Part shown: positions 8,716 through 17,115 of the stretch, piece after piece | Layout of the letters: each line of letters opens with the position of its first letter | Position numbering within the stretch: the first letter of the stretch is position 1 | DNA from: Pseudomonadota bacterium | GTDB taxonomy: Bacteria; Pseudomonadota; Alphaproteobacteria; RF32; CAG-239 | Direction of reading: 5' to 3' | NCBI GenBank assembly: GCA_030536665.1 | Contig: JAUNPO010000003.1 | Location: 1 to 32,325 of the forward strand | DNA length: 32,325 nt | Notes under the pieces: model-generated | Told to the model about the DNA's origin: nothing | Database searches by the model: none | The model's input: only the letters and a program-made list of their open reading frames with translations | Made by a program: the position numbers and the translations under genes

Positions 8716-8838
8716 GGGAAGTGCATCTGGCGGGCAATCAGGGTGTTGTCTGCGGGTTCGAACATCCTCATGTACTATATTGTACACTGCGGTGTTCTCA
8801 CCCTTGACGCCTACTGCTTGCCACACCGGCTAAACTCC
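8716..8838. repeat. ~120-bp palindromic element (RPE-like), copy 2
   Basis: GGCAA/TTGCC, GGTGTTG/TGACGCC and GAACA/TGTTC arms; core CCTCATGTAC-tatatt-GTACACTGCGG. Confidence 0.7.
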
Positions 8839-8902
8839 TCTACGTGCTGGGGAAGGGAATTAATATAAACTGAAAAGTTATAAAATCATATCGGATAAGA
8901 AA

Positions 8903-10366
8903 ATGTCAGATTTAACAAAATTAACGATTGCTGAAGCCAGAGAAGGCTTGAAAAAGAAAGAATTTACTTCCGTGGAGCTGACGGAAGCCTATATTAAGAA
9001 AATGGAAGAAGGACGGGCTTTGAATGCCTATGTTCTGGAAACGCCTGAAACAGCCATGGCTCAGGCCAAAATTTCCGATGAAAAATATGCCGCCGGAACG
9101 GCCGGGGCTTTGCAGGGAATTCCCATGGGCATTAAGGATCTGTTCTGTACCAAGGGAATACGTACGACGGCTTGTTCGCATATTCTTGACGGTTTTATAC
9201 CGCAGTACGAATCAACCGTGACGCAGAAGCTGCTGGATGCCGGGATTTCTGTTCTCGGTAAGCTGAATATGGACGAGTTTGCCATGGGCGGCAGCAACGA
9301 AACATCTTATTTCGGACCGGCGGTTAACCCTTGGAAAGCCAACGACAGTGATGAAAAACTGGTGGCAGGCGGTTCTTCCGGCGGGTCGGCGGCGGCCGTG
9401 GCGGCTGATATGTGCGCGGCGGCAACCGGGACGGATACCGGCGGTTCAATTCGCCAGCCGTCCGCTTTTTGCGGCGTTACCGGCATTAAGCCGACTTACG
9501 GGCGTTGTTCACGCTACGGTATTATTGCCTTTGCGTCTTCGCTTGACCAGGCGGGGCCGATTGCCAAAGATGTTCGCGACTGCGCGGTTTTGCTGAACAA
9601 TATGTGCGGACATGACGCCAAAGATTCGACATCGGCGCCGGTTGATGTGCCTGATTTTGAAAGTTTTCTGAACGGAGATATTCGCGGTATGAAAATCGGT
9701 ATTCCGGCGGAATATCGTCCGGAAGGGCTTAATGCCGAAGCGGCGGCAAGCTGGGACAAGGGAATTGACATTTTGAAAGCCCGCGGGGCGGAGATTGTCA
9801 ATATTACTTTGCCGCATACAAAATATGCTTTGGCAACTTATTACATTATTGCTCCGGCAGAGGCGTCGTCCAACTTGGCGCGTTATGACGGTATTCGTTA
9901 TGGGCTGCGCGTTCCGGGGCTGCATCTGGATGATTTGTATATCAACACCCGTTCCGAGGGGTTTGGCAAAGAGGTCAAACGTCGTATTATGATTGGGACT
10001 TATGTGTTGTCCGCCGGTTACTATGACGCTTATTATCTCAAGGCGCAAAAAGTCCGCCGCCTTATCCGCAATGACTTTGAGGAGGCGTTTAAGAAATGCG
10101 ACGTTATTCTGACGCCGACGGCGCCGACAGATGCTTTTGCAATCGGCGACAAGTCAATGAAGGAAAATCCGATTAACATGTGGCTGAATGATATCTTTAC
10201 GGTTTCGGTCAGTTTGGCGGGGCTTCCGGCCATGAGCGTACCGGCAGGGCTGAGCCGCCGCGGCCTGCCTCTGGGATTGCAGCTTATCGGCCGTCCTTTT
10301 GATGAGGGAAGCGTGCTGAAAGCCGCTCATGTGTTGGAAAAAGACGTTAATTTTGCAAGGAAGTAA
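8903..10366 (+). CDS. gatA: Asp/Glu-tRNA amidotransferase subunit A
   Basis: Amidase signature [42 protein letters not shown]. Confidence 0.98.
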   Translation: MSDLTKLTIAEAREGLKKKEFTSVELTEAYIKKMEEGRALNAYVLETPETAMAQAKISDEKYAAGTAGALQGIPMGIKDLFCTKGIRTTACSHILDGFIPQYESTVTQKLLDAGISVLGKLNMDEFAMGGSNETSYFGPAVNPWKANDSDEKLVAGGSSGGSAAAVAADMCAAATGTDTGGSIRQPSAFCGVTGIKPTYGRCSRYGIIAFASSLDQAGPIAKDVRDCAVLLNNMCGHDAKDSTSAPVDVPDFESFLNGDIRGMKIGIPAEYRPEGLNAEAAASWDKGIDILKARGAEIVNITLPHTKYALATYYIIAPAEASSNLARYDGIRYGLRVPGLHLDDLYINTRSEGFGKEVKRRIMIGTYVLSAGYYDAYYLKAQKVRRLIRNDFEEAFKKCDVILTPTAPTDAFAIGDKSMKENPINMWLNDIFTVSVSLAGLPAMSVPAGLSRRGLPLGLQLIGRPFDEGSVLKAAHVLEKDVNFARK

Positions 10367-10370
10367 GCCA

Positions 10371-11828
10371 ATGTCAGAATTTGTTATCGAAACAGCCAAG
10401 GGAAAATGGGAAGTTATCTGCGGTTTGGAAATCCACTGCCAGATTATTTCAAAATCCAAGATTTACAGCGGCGCTTCCACCGAGTTTGGCGCCGACCCGA
10501 ACGAACATGTTTCTTTTGTTGACGCCGGAATGCCCGGAATGCTGCCGACTTTGAACAAAGAATGCGTGCATCAGGCGGTTAAGACCGGTATTGGGCTGCG
10601 GGCAAAAATCAATAAATATTCAAACTTCTCCCGCAAGAACTATTTTTATGCCGATTTGCCGCAGGGTTATCAGATTACACAGTTTAAATATCCGATAGTC
10701 GGGGAAGGGGAGGTTTTAATTGACCTGCCGGACGGAAGCGTCAAATCCATCGGCATTGAACGGATGCATATTGAACAGGATGCCGGTAAGTCAATTCATG
10801 ATATTGATCCGAAAAAGAGCTTTATCGACTTGAATCGTGCCGGGGTCGGATTGATGGAAATTGTTACCAAGCCAGATTTCCGCGCGCCGGAAGAAGCCGG
10901 GGCTTTTCTGAAAAAACTGCGTTCCATTCTACGTTATCTCGGGACTTGCGACGGCAATATGGATGAAGGTTCCATGCGCTGTGATGTTAACGTTTCGGTA
11001 CGGCCTTACGGCTCTGACGAGCTGCGCACCCGCTGCGAGATGAAAAATGTCAACAGCATTAAGTTTGTCATGCAAGCTATTGAAAATGAAGCGAAAAGAC
11101 ATGTTGAAACTTATGAAAACGGCGGGGAAATTATTCAGGAAACACGGCAGTTTGACCCGTCAATCGGGCAGACAAAAGTGATGCGCAAAAAAGAATTTGC
11201 CCATGATTATCGTTATTTTCCTGAGCCGGATTTGGCACCGTTGGTCTTAAGCGACGATTATCTGGAAGCGGTCCGCAAGGAAATTCCCGAACTTCCTGAT
11301 GACAAAAAAGAACGCTTTGTCAATAAATTAGGACTGACTCCTTATGATGCAATTGTGATTTGCGAGAACAAGGAAGTTGCGGACTTTTTTGAAAAAGCGG
11401 CGGCCGGGCATGACGCCAAAAAGGTGGCAAACTGGCTGATGGGCGATTTCTTTGCCATGTTGAACGAGAAAAAACTCGACCTGAAAGATTCTCCGGTTTC
11501 TGCGGAAAACCTTGGGCGTCTGGTTGAACTGGTCAGCAAGGAGGTCATTAACGGCAAGACGGCCAAGGAAGTATTTGCGCTTATGGCCGAAAGCGGCGAT
11601 AATCCTGAAAAAATCGTTGAGGAAAAAGGTTTGGTTCAGGTTACCGACAGCAGCGCCATTGAAGCGGTGATTGACGAGGTTCTGGCGAGTGCGCCGGATA
11701 ATGTCGCCGCCTATAAAAACGGCAAGCAGGGACTGTTCGGCTGGTTTGTCGGCCAGGTGATGAAAGCCAGCAAGGGCAAGGCCAATCCGGGAATCGTCAA
11801 CAAACTTTTGAAAGAAAAACTGGGATAG
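10371..11828 (+). CDS. gatB: Asp/Glu-tRNA amidotransferase subunit B
   Basis: GLEIHCQ, RKNYFYADLPQGYQITQ, DLNRAGVGLMEIV, DYRYFPEPDL; ATG at 10371. Confidence 0.98.
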   Translation: MSEFVIETAKGKWEVICGLEIHCQIISKSKIYSGASTEFGADPNEHVSFVDAGMPGMLPTLNKECVHQAVKTGIGLRAKINKYSNFSRKNYFYADLPQGYQITQFKYPIVGEGEVLIDLPDGSVKSIGIERMHIEQDAGKSIHDIDPKKSFIDLNRAGVGLMEIVTKPDFRAPEEAGAFLKKLRSILRYLGTCDGNMDEGSMRCDVNVSVRPYGSDELRTRCEMKNVNSIKFVMQAIENEAKRHVETYENGGEIIQETRQFDPSIGQTKVMRKKEFAHDYRYFPEPDLAPLVLSDDYLEAVRKEIPELPDDKKERFVNKLGLTPYDAIVICENKEVADFFEKAAAGHDAKKVANWLMGDFFAMLNEKKLDLKDSPVSAENLGRLVELVSKEVINGKTAKEVFALMAESGDNPEKIVEEKGLVQVTDSSAIEAVIDEVLASAPDNVAAYKNGKQGLFGWFVGQVMKASKGKANPGIVNKLLKEKLG

Positions 11829-11832
11829 GCTG

Positions 11833-12744
11833 ATGGTCAAACTGCTTGGTTTCGGCAATGCCGTTGTTGATTTTTCCGTGCCTCTGCGGGCTGATAATCC
11901 GTTTTATGAACGGCTGCGGCAGAGCAGGGGCGGCTATATGCATACGACGGAAGAAGAATTTGCGCAAATGCTGTCTTTTGTTGATGCGGCGGCGGTGAAG
12001 TCATGCGGCGGGTCAGTGGCAAATTCTCTGAAAGCCTATGCCAAGCTCGGCGGGGACTGCGGTTTTGGCGGCAAAATCGGCGGAGATGAAGCCGGGCGTT
12101 TCTTTGGCGAAGAACTGGCTGCTTATGGTATTCGCAACCAGATGAATGTCAGTACGGAAGAAGGAACCGGCTGCACGGTGGTTTGGGTTGATGAAGACGG
12201 TGAAAAAACGGTATGCGCCAAGCGACGGGCTTCAAAATATATCCGTGACCGCCATATCGACTGGAAAGAGGTTATTGACGCCGGGTGGCTGTTTGTCGAA
12301 GGCTATTGGCTGGACGGCAACGGTGCCGTTGTTGATATGCTGCTGCGCCTTGCCCGGGTTTCCGGCGTGAAAACGGTGTTTACGCTGTCTGATCCGAAAA
12401 TTGTTGCGGAAAACCGGGAACGCCTGTTGCAACTGATGCCTTATGTGACGGTTTTGTTTGGCAATGCCGCAGAATATGCGGCGGCAGATTTGCCGGAAAA
12501 TGCGCAGCCGCCCCTTATGCTGAAGACATTGGGAGCTGACGGCGCGGAATGCCGGTCAAATGGGAATATTCGCCGTTATGCGGCTTTGGGCATTGAACAT
12601 CCGGTAAGCACGACCGGTGCGGGGGACGCTTTTGCCGGCGGCTTCTTGTATGCGTATATCAAGTCCCGGGATGTTGACAAAGCCGTGGAAACCGGGCAGG
12701 AATGCGCGGCTGAGGTTGTTTCGTTGGAAAAGAGCCATTTATAA
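11833..12744 (+). CDS. PfkB family carbohydrate/adenosine kinase
   Basis: GNAVVD, GGSVANS, EGY, TTGAGDAFAGG signature. Confidence 0.9.
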   Translation: MVKLLGFGNAVVDFSVPLRADNPFYERLRQSRGGYMHTTEEEFAQMLSFVDAAAVKSCGGSVANSLKAYAKLGGDCGFGGKIGGDEAGRFFGEELAAYGIRNQMNVSTEEGTGCTVVWVDEDGEKTVCAKRRASKYIRDRHIDWKEVIDAGWLFVEGYWLDGNGAVVDMLLRLARVSGVKTVFTLSDPKIVAENRERLLQLMPYVTVLFGNAAEYAAADLPENAQPPLMLKTLGADGAECRSNGNIRRYAALGIEHPVSTTGAGDAFAGGFLYAYIKSRDVDKAVETGQECAAEVVSLEKSHL

Positions 12745-12754
12745 GGAAAAATAT

Positions 12755-13321
12755 ATGGATTGGAAGCAAATTATCAGCGATTATCAGCCTGAAGACGACA
12801 TTGAAGCGGCGGAGAAGGCTTCTTTTCTGCAATTTATCGACGTTTTTGGCGATAAGGCTTTTGCCCGGGAGAATCTGCCGGGGCATTTCAGCGCGTCGGC
12901 CTGGGTTGTCAATCCGGCGCGGGATAAAGTGCTGATGATTTTTCACAATATGTTTAATTCCTGGGCATGGATCGGCGGGCATGCCGACGGCGCGCAGGAT
13001 TTGCAATCTGTGGCGGTTAAGGAAACGCTGGAAGAAACGGGGGTTGCGAATGTTCGCCCACTGTTGAGCGAGCCGCTTGATATTAATGTTCTGTCGGTCA
13101 GCAATCATGTCAAAAAAGGCAAGTTTGTGCCGCGGCATTTGCATTATAATGTGGTTTATCTTTTTGAAGCGGATGAAACTGTCCCGCTCAGAATCAAGCC
13201 GGATGAGAATTCTGGCGCGGCATGGATAAAGCTTGAGGAAATTCCCGAAAGGTGCCTTGAAAAACATATGGTTCCCTATTATGAACGGATTATGCGAAAA
13301 ATCCGCGACAGGGGTTTGTGA
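12755..13321 (+). CDS. NUDIX hydrolase
   Basis: GHFSASAWVVN, Nudix box GGHADG..AVKETLEETGV; AAGGA RBS before ATG 12755. Confidence 0.9.
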   Translation: MDWKQIISDYQPEDDIEAAEKASFLQFIDVFGDKAFARENLPGHFSASAWVVNPARDKVLMIFHNMFNSWAWIGGHADGAQDLQSVAVKETLEETGVANVRPLLSEPLDINVLSVSNHVKKGKFVPRHLHYNVVYLFEADETVPLRIKPDENSGAAWIKLEEIPERCLEKHMVPYYERIMRKIRDRGL

Positions 13322-13355
13322 GCGGCGAGTGAAAAATATCGGAGGATGAAGCAAA

Positions 13356-14132
13356 ATGGTTAATGACGTTTTTATTCAGGGATTTACGGCGGCGCTGATT
13401 GCCGGATTGATTACCGGTGTCGGCGGTTTTATGATTTTTTTGAAGAAAAAATATTCCCGGGAATATATCAACGTGATGTTGAATATCGCGGCGGGGATTA
13501 TGCTGGCGGCGTCTTTCTTTTCGCTGCTCAGTCCGTCGCTTGAGGGAATTCTCCGTTTTGTGCCGGACAGGCATGTGGCCGGGTATTGGTTTGTCGGCGC
13601 TTTGTTTTCCGGCGTTGTTCTGGTGTGGCTGCTGAATGCGCTGTTGCCGCATGAGCATAATTCCGCCGGACATCACGGGCCTAACATCAGCCTGCGTTCC
13701 TGTTGGTTGTTTATCATTGCCATCAGCATTCACAAACTGCCGGAAGGGTTGGCGGTCGGCGTGGCATACAGCGGGGATGAACTTTATAATCCGCTCAGTT
13801 TGGTCGTCGGTATTGCTTTGCAGAATATTCCCGAGGGGCTGACCGTGGCGATTTCATTGGTCGGGGCAGGGTATTCCCGATTGAAAGCGGCGCTTTATGC
13901 CAGTTGCACCGGGCTGGTGCAGCCGATTGGCGCGCTTATCGGCATTTCGATTATGGAGATGAACGAGAAGATTGTGCCGATTGGTATGGCTTTGGCTGGT
14001 GGGACGTTGCTGTTTGTCATTATCAATGAGATTTTGCCGGAAACATACAACACCAAAAAGAGCCAGAAATCTGCCGCAGCCGTGTTTCTCGGTTTTGCGG
14101 TAATGGCTTATCTCTCTATTGTTTTGGAATAG
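13356..14132 (+). CDS. ZIP family metal transporter (ZupT/GufA-like)
   Basis: AAGIMLAASFFSL, PHEH loop, IHKLPEGLAVG, LQNIPEG, EILPE. Confidence 0.92.
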   Translation: MVNDVFIQGFTAALIAGLITGVGGFMIFLKKKYSREYINVMLNIAAGIMLAASFFSLLSPSLEGILRFVPDRHVAGYWFVGALFSGVVLVWLLNALLPHEHNSAGHHGPNISLRSCWLFIIAISIHKLPEGLAVGVAYSGDELYNPLSLVVGIALQNIPEGLTVAISLVGAGYSRLKAALYASCTGLVQPIGALIGISIMEMNEKIVPIGMALAGGTLLFVIINEILPETYNTKKSQKSAAAVFLGFAVMAYLSIVLE

Positions 14133-14134
14133 AA

Positions 14135-14170
14135 AAAATCCCTAAAGCCGGAAAGACTTTGGGGATTTTC
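14135..14170. terminator. Bidirectional terminator between convergent genes
   Basis: AAAATCCCTAAAG...CTTTGGGGATTTT. Confidence 0.7.
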
Positions 14171-14175
14171 TTTGA

Positions 14176-14430
14176 TTACAGCCGTTTATGCGGTTGTGAA
14201 TGCCTGGGCTCTTTGTCTGGTTTTTTGTGTTTCGGCCTGTGCCTGTTGGGCTTTTTTTCAGGCGGAGGAGGCGGTGCCGGACGATAGTAAGGCGGCGGGG
14301 GAGTTTGTGGCGGCGGCGGTACGGCATAACTGCAACGATAAGACGGCGGCCGGCTGAGTTCCCAAATTCCGCAGGAGCTGAAGCATGATAACATAAAAGC
14401 TCCGCAAACTAATAATAAGAACTTTTTCAT
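14176..14430 (-). CDS. Small proline-rich putative lipoprotein
   Basis: MKKFLLL signal peptide with FSSC lipobox-like motif, PPPP tracts, basic tail. Confidence 0.65.
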   Translation of the reverse strand: MKKFLLLVCGAFMLSCFSSCGIWELSRPPSYRCSYAVPPPPQTPPPPYYRPAPPPPPEKKPNRHRPKHKKPDKEPRHSQPHKRL

Positions 14431-14590
14431 AAAGCATAAAATTTATAGTGTTATAATAATAAAAACGATAGACAAAGTGTAAAATTATGTCTTTAAAATG
14501 TCAAATTAAAAATAATATGGATTATTTTTAATTTTTATGTTGACGTTGAGAGAAACATCATATAAATATATCTGCGTACCACGGACTGAT

Positions 14591-14678
14591 GGAGAGTTGG
14601 CAGAGTGGTAATGCAGCGGATTGCTAATCCGTCATCGTGAATAACGATGCACAGGTTCGAGTCCTGTACTCTCCGCCA
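14591..14678 (+). tRNA. tRNA-Ser (anticodon GCU)
   Basis: GGAGAGTTGGCAGAGTGGTAATGCAGCGGA-TTGCTAA-TCCGT, long variable arm, GGTTCGAGTCC, CCA end. Confidence 0.95.
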
Positions 14679-14681
14679 TTT

Positions 14682-14705
14682 GGAGCGCTTAGGCGCTCTT
14701 TTTTT
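14682..14705 (+). terminator. Terminator after tRNA-Ser(GCU)
   Basis: GAGCGC-ttag-GCGCTC plus T-run. Confidence 0.75.
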
Positions 14706-14706
14706 A

Positions 14707-14735
14707 TTGACTATTTTCCGGAATTAAAATAACAT
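14707..14735 (+). promoter_or_regulatory. Sigma70-type promoter driving leader A
   Basis: TTGACT-17bp-TAACAT, about 7 nt before the first leader hairpin. Confidence 0.7.
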
Positions 14736-14741
14736 CCTTTT

Positions 14742-14920
14742 TGCAGCGGCTGATTACCGTTGTGAGGTTTAGAACCCTCTTAAAAGTTTTCTGTTAATCA
14801 GATGTAAAAAACTGCCTTTTGGCTTATGGCTGGAAGGCAGTAGAATATGTTGAATATACTGCACTATTACTTTTAATAGGTTCTAACTTCCAGTCTCCTT
14901 TCATCAGGGAGGCTTTTTTG
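14742..14920 (+). ncRNA. C4/CI-like antisense RNA leader module, copy A
   Basis: Two 5' hairpins with target TTAGAACC and TTAAAAGT. Cloverleaf 14828-14895 (P1 GGCTGGAAG/CTTCCAGTC, P2 GCAGTA/TACTGC, P3 CTATTA/TAATAG) carries ACTTTTAA and GGTTCTAA. Terminator-like hairpin at 14892-14920. Confidence 0.7.
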
Positions 14921-14949
14921 TTTTATTCTATGCAAAATATGAGGAAGTT

Positions 14950-15621
14950 ATGAAAAAAAGTGTTTTGTTTTTGATGTGTTTTTTGTGTTCCTGCCGCTCG
15001 ATAACTTATCAGGACGTTAATCCGCTTATTCAGCCGAATGCCAACCTTTTGCCGGCTATGGAGAGTATTGTCGACGTCAGTAATCTGGAGGCGACTTACA
15101 CGGTCAGTTCCTATGCCGGGACGACCAACAATTTCGGGACGACGTTGGGAAATACAAATTGGGCTCAGACAACGGCTATTTCCGGCGTTTCATATAAAGA
15201 TCCGCGGGTTCAGGATGTTATTAATGTTTTCAACAAAGAAGTTAAGGAAAACATCACATCGCCTTATGGCGCTAAGAAAGGGTATATTGTTCTGACATTG
15301 GGATACAGAGGGGTGGATCAGTCGTTTATTTATCCGTTTGTGTCTTTGTTTAGCCTTGGAACCATAAATTTCTTCGGTTTTCCGGGAGATGAGGTGAAAC
15401 AGTCCTTGGAGGTTGAGGTCGAAATCCGCAATAACAACAAGGAGCTTGTCAAGCGTTATGTTGAGAATGTTATAGATACACAGTATGTTGCCATGTATTG
15501 GGGATATAGTAAAGACAATGTCTGGAGAAAAGTTGCGGCAGACAATATAAAACAGGCTTTGCAAAAAATCAGGGACAGAATTAACAGTGATGCCGCCGAA
15601 ATTAAAAAGAAATTGAAATAG
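14950..15621 (+). CDS. Putative lipoprotein
   Basis: MKKSVLFLMCFLCSC lipobox-type signal; GAGG RBS; internal hydrophobic segment. Confidence 0.75.
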   Translation: MKKSVLFLMCFLCSCRSITYQDVNPLIQPNANLLPAMESIVDVSNLEATYTVSSYAGTTNNFGTTLGNTNWAQTTAISGVSYKDPRVQDVINVFNKEVKENITSPYGAKKGYIVLTLGYRGVDQSFIYPFVSLFSLGTINFFGFPGDEVKQSLEVEVEIRNNNKELVKRYVENVIDTQYVAMYWGYSKDNVWRKVAADNIKQALQKIRDRINSDAAEIKKKLK

Positions 15622-15670
15622 GGACAAAAGCCCCGGAGAGGTCAAATATTTCCGAGGCTTTGCTTTTGGG
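15609..15670 (+). repeat. 62-bp direct repeat, copy 1 (gene 3' end plus bidirectional terminator)
   Basis: 58/62 identical to 17039-17100. Confidence 0.9.
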
Positions 15671-15708
15671 AACTTTTATAGACTTTTTGCAAAGTTATTT
15701 CGGTGAGA

Positions 15709-16866
15709 TTACAAAGGATTGCTTTCAGGTGAAAGCAGTGCAATATAGCCGGCGTAAGCGTAAGTCTGTCCCCATTTTTTCTCGGAGGTATTCGTGATGA
15801 TTCCGAGCTTTATAAGGCGGTTGATTGAGCTGATAATTGTCGGGCGGGCAAGATTGATTTTCTTTTCAATTTCAGCAACGGTTAAAACCGGCTTTTGTTC
15901 AAATTGTTGCAATATTTCTAAAGCAGACGGATGAGCGCGACCTAAATCTTGCAGCTTATTTTCATCTTCAGCAAAAAGTTTTTGAATTTTGAGAATCGTT
16001 TTTCTGGCATCATCAGAGGTTTCAATAATTCCCTCCAGGAAGAAATTAAACCAGTTTTCCCAGTCGCCGTCATAACGGACATTGTTTAGGTATTCATAAT
16101 ATAATGAGCGGTTTTTCTTAAAAAATAAGCTAAGATAAAGAAACGGTGATTTTAAAATTCCTTTAACACATAAAAAGAACGTGATCAGCAGACGTCCCAA
16201 TCGGCCGTTGCCGTCTAAAAATGGGTGGATGGTTTCAAATTGCACATGAATCATTGCGGCTTTAATCAATGTAGGAATGTTATCTTCTTTATTCATAAAG
16301 ACTTCCAACTGTCCTAAAATATCCATCAGTTTATCCGGCGGACAGGGAACAAATCTGGCATTGCCCGGTCTGGTGCCGCCAATCCAGTTTTGTGAAGAGC
16401 GGAATTCTCCCGGCAGTTTGGTCTTACCTCGGGAATTTTTGAGCAAAATAGCGTGAATTTCCTTAATTAATCGCAAGGATAAGGGGAAGTTGTCATTAAT
16501 TCTTCTAATGCCATAATCCAGGGCAGTAACATATGATGACACTTCCGAAGCATCAGCAACGGGAATTCCTTGTGTCTGACTGGCTTCGTATTTCAGTAAA
16601 TCATCTAAAGTAGATTGCGTTCCTTCTATTTGAGAGGACAACAGCGCTTCTTTACGGACATACATATAATTGATAATCGCCGGATTAGGAACTGTTGAAA
16701 TAACGCCATTTAGGGCGCCAATCGCCTGATTAGCTTTTTCTAACAGAGGAGATATGGCTTCCAAATCAACAGTCGGCTTTGGTGGCAAGACATTCGGGAC
16801 ATATGCCTGATAGCTCTCGGAGCTTAGGGAACATTTAATCAATTTTCCTTGAATACCTCTTTGCAT
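15709..16866 (-). CDS. Fic family protein (class II) with probable C-terminal HTH
   Basis: Canonical HPFLDGNGRLGR motif; N-terminal SSQIEG autoinhibitory motif; GGAGG RBS. Confidence 0.93.
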   Translation of the reverse strand: MQRGIQGKLIKCSLSSESYQAYVPNVLPPKPTVDLEAISPLLEKANQAIGALNGVISTVPNPAIINYMYVRKEALLSSQIEGTQSTLDDLLKYEASQTQGIPVADASEVSSYVTALDYGIRRINDNFPLSLRLIKEIHAILLKNSRGKTKLPGEFRSSQNWIGGTRPGNARFVPCPPDKLMDILGQLEVFMNKEDNIPTLIKAAMIHVQFETIHPFLDGNGRLGRLLITFFLCVKGILKSPFLYLSLFFKKNRSLYYEYLNNVRYDGDWENWFNFFLEGIIETSDDARKTILKIQKLFAEDENKLQDLGRAHPSALEILQQFEQKPVLTVAEIEKKINLARPTIISSINRLIKLGIITNTSEKKWGQTYAYAGYIALLSPESNPL

Positions 16867-17038
16867 ATGCCCTCCTTTAACAAAACTTATAGGTATATGG
16901 TAACATTTAACTTTAACAAGTCAAGAACAAAAGTTAAAGATAACAGATTAAGTTTAATTTTTTTATGAAAAAGTTAAAGATAAAATGCGATGTATGGCGA
17001 TGTTTTTGTATTTTGATAATTTTTCTAAAATGGCAGCT

Positions 17039-17100
17039 GAAATTGAAGTAGGGACAAAAGCCCCGGAAAAGTCAAATATTTCCGGGGCTTTGCTTTTGGG
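17039..17100 (+). repeat. 62-bp direct repeat, copy 2 (contains terminator hairpin)
   Basis: AAAGCCCCGGAAA...TTTCCGGGGCTTT; matches 15609-15670. Confidence 0.9.
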
Positions 17101-17115
17101 GCTGTTTTTTTTTGT

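Noticed and set aside
8630-8800. CRISPR-like repeat pair
   Set aside because: Only two imperfect cores inside long palindromes; no spacer array or cas genes
8589-8807. 72-aa ORF between gatC and gatA
   Set aside because: Consists entirely of the palindromic elements, so probably non-coding; translation cannot be excluded because it has a GTG start after AAGG
14742-14920. Known metabolite riboswitch or T-box
   Set aside because: No aptamer or T-box consensus recognised; variable, covarying loops fit antisense pairing better. An Rfam scan is still needed.
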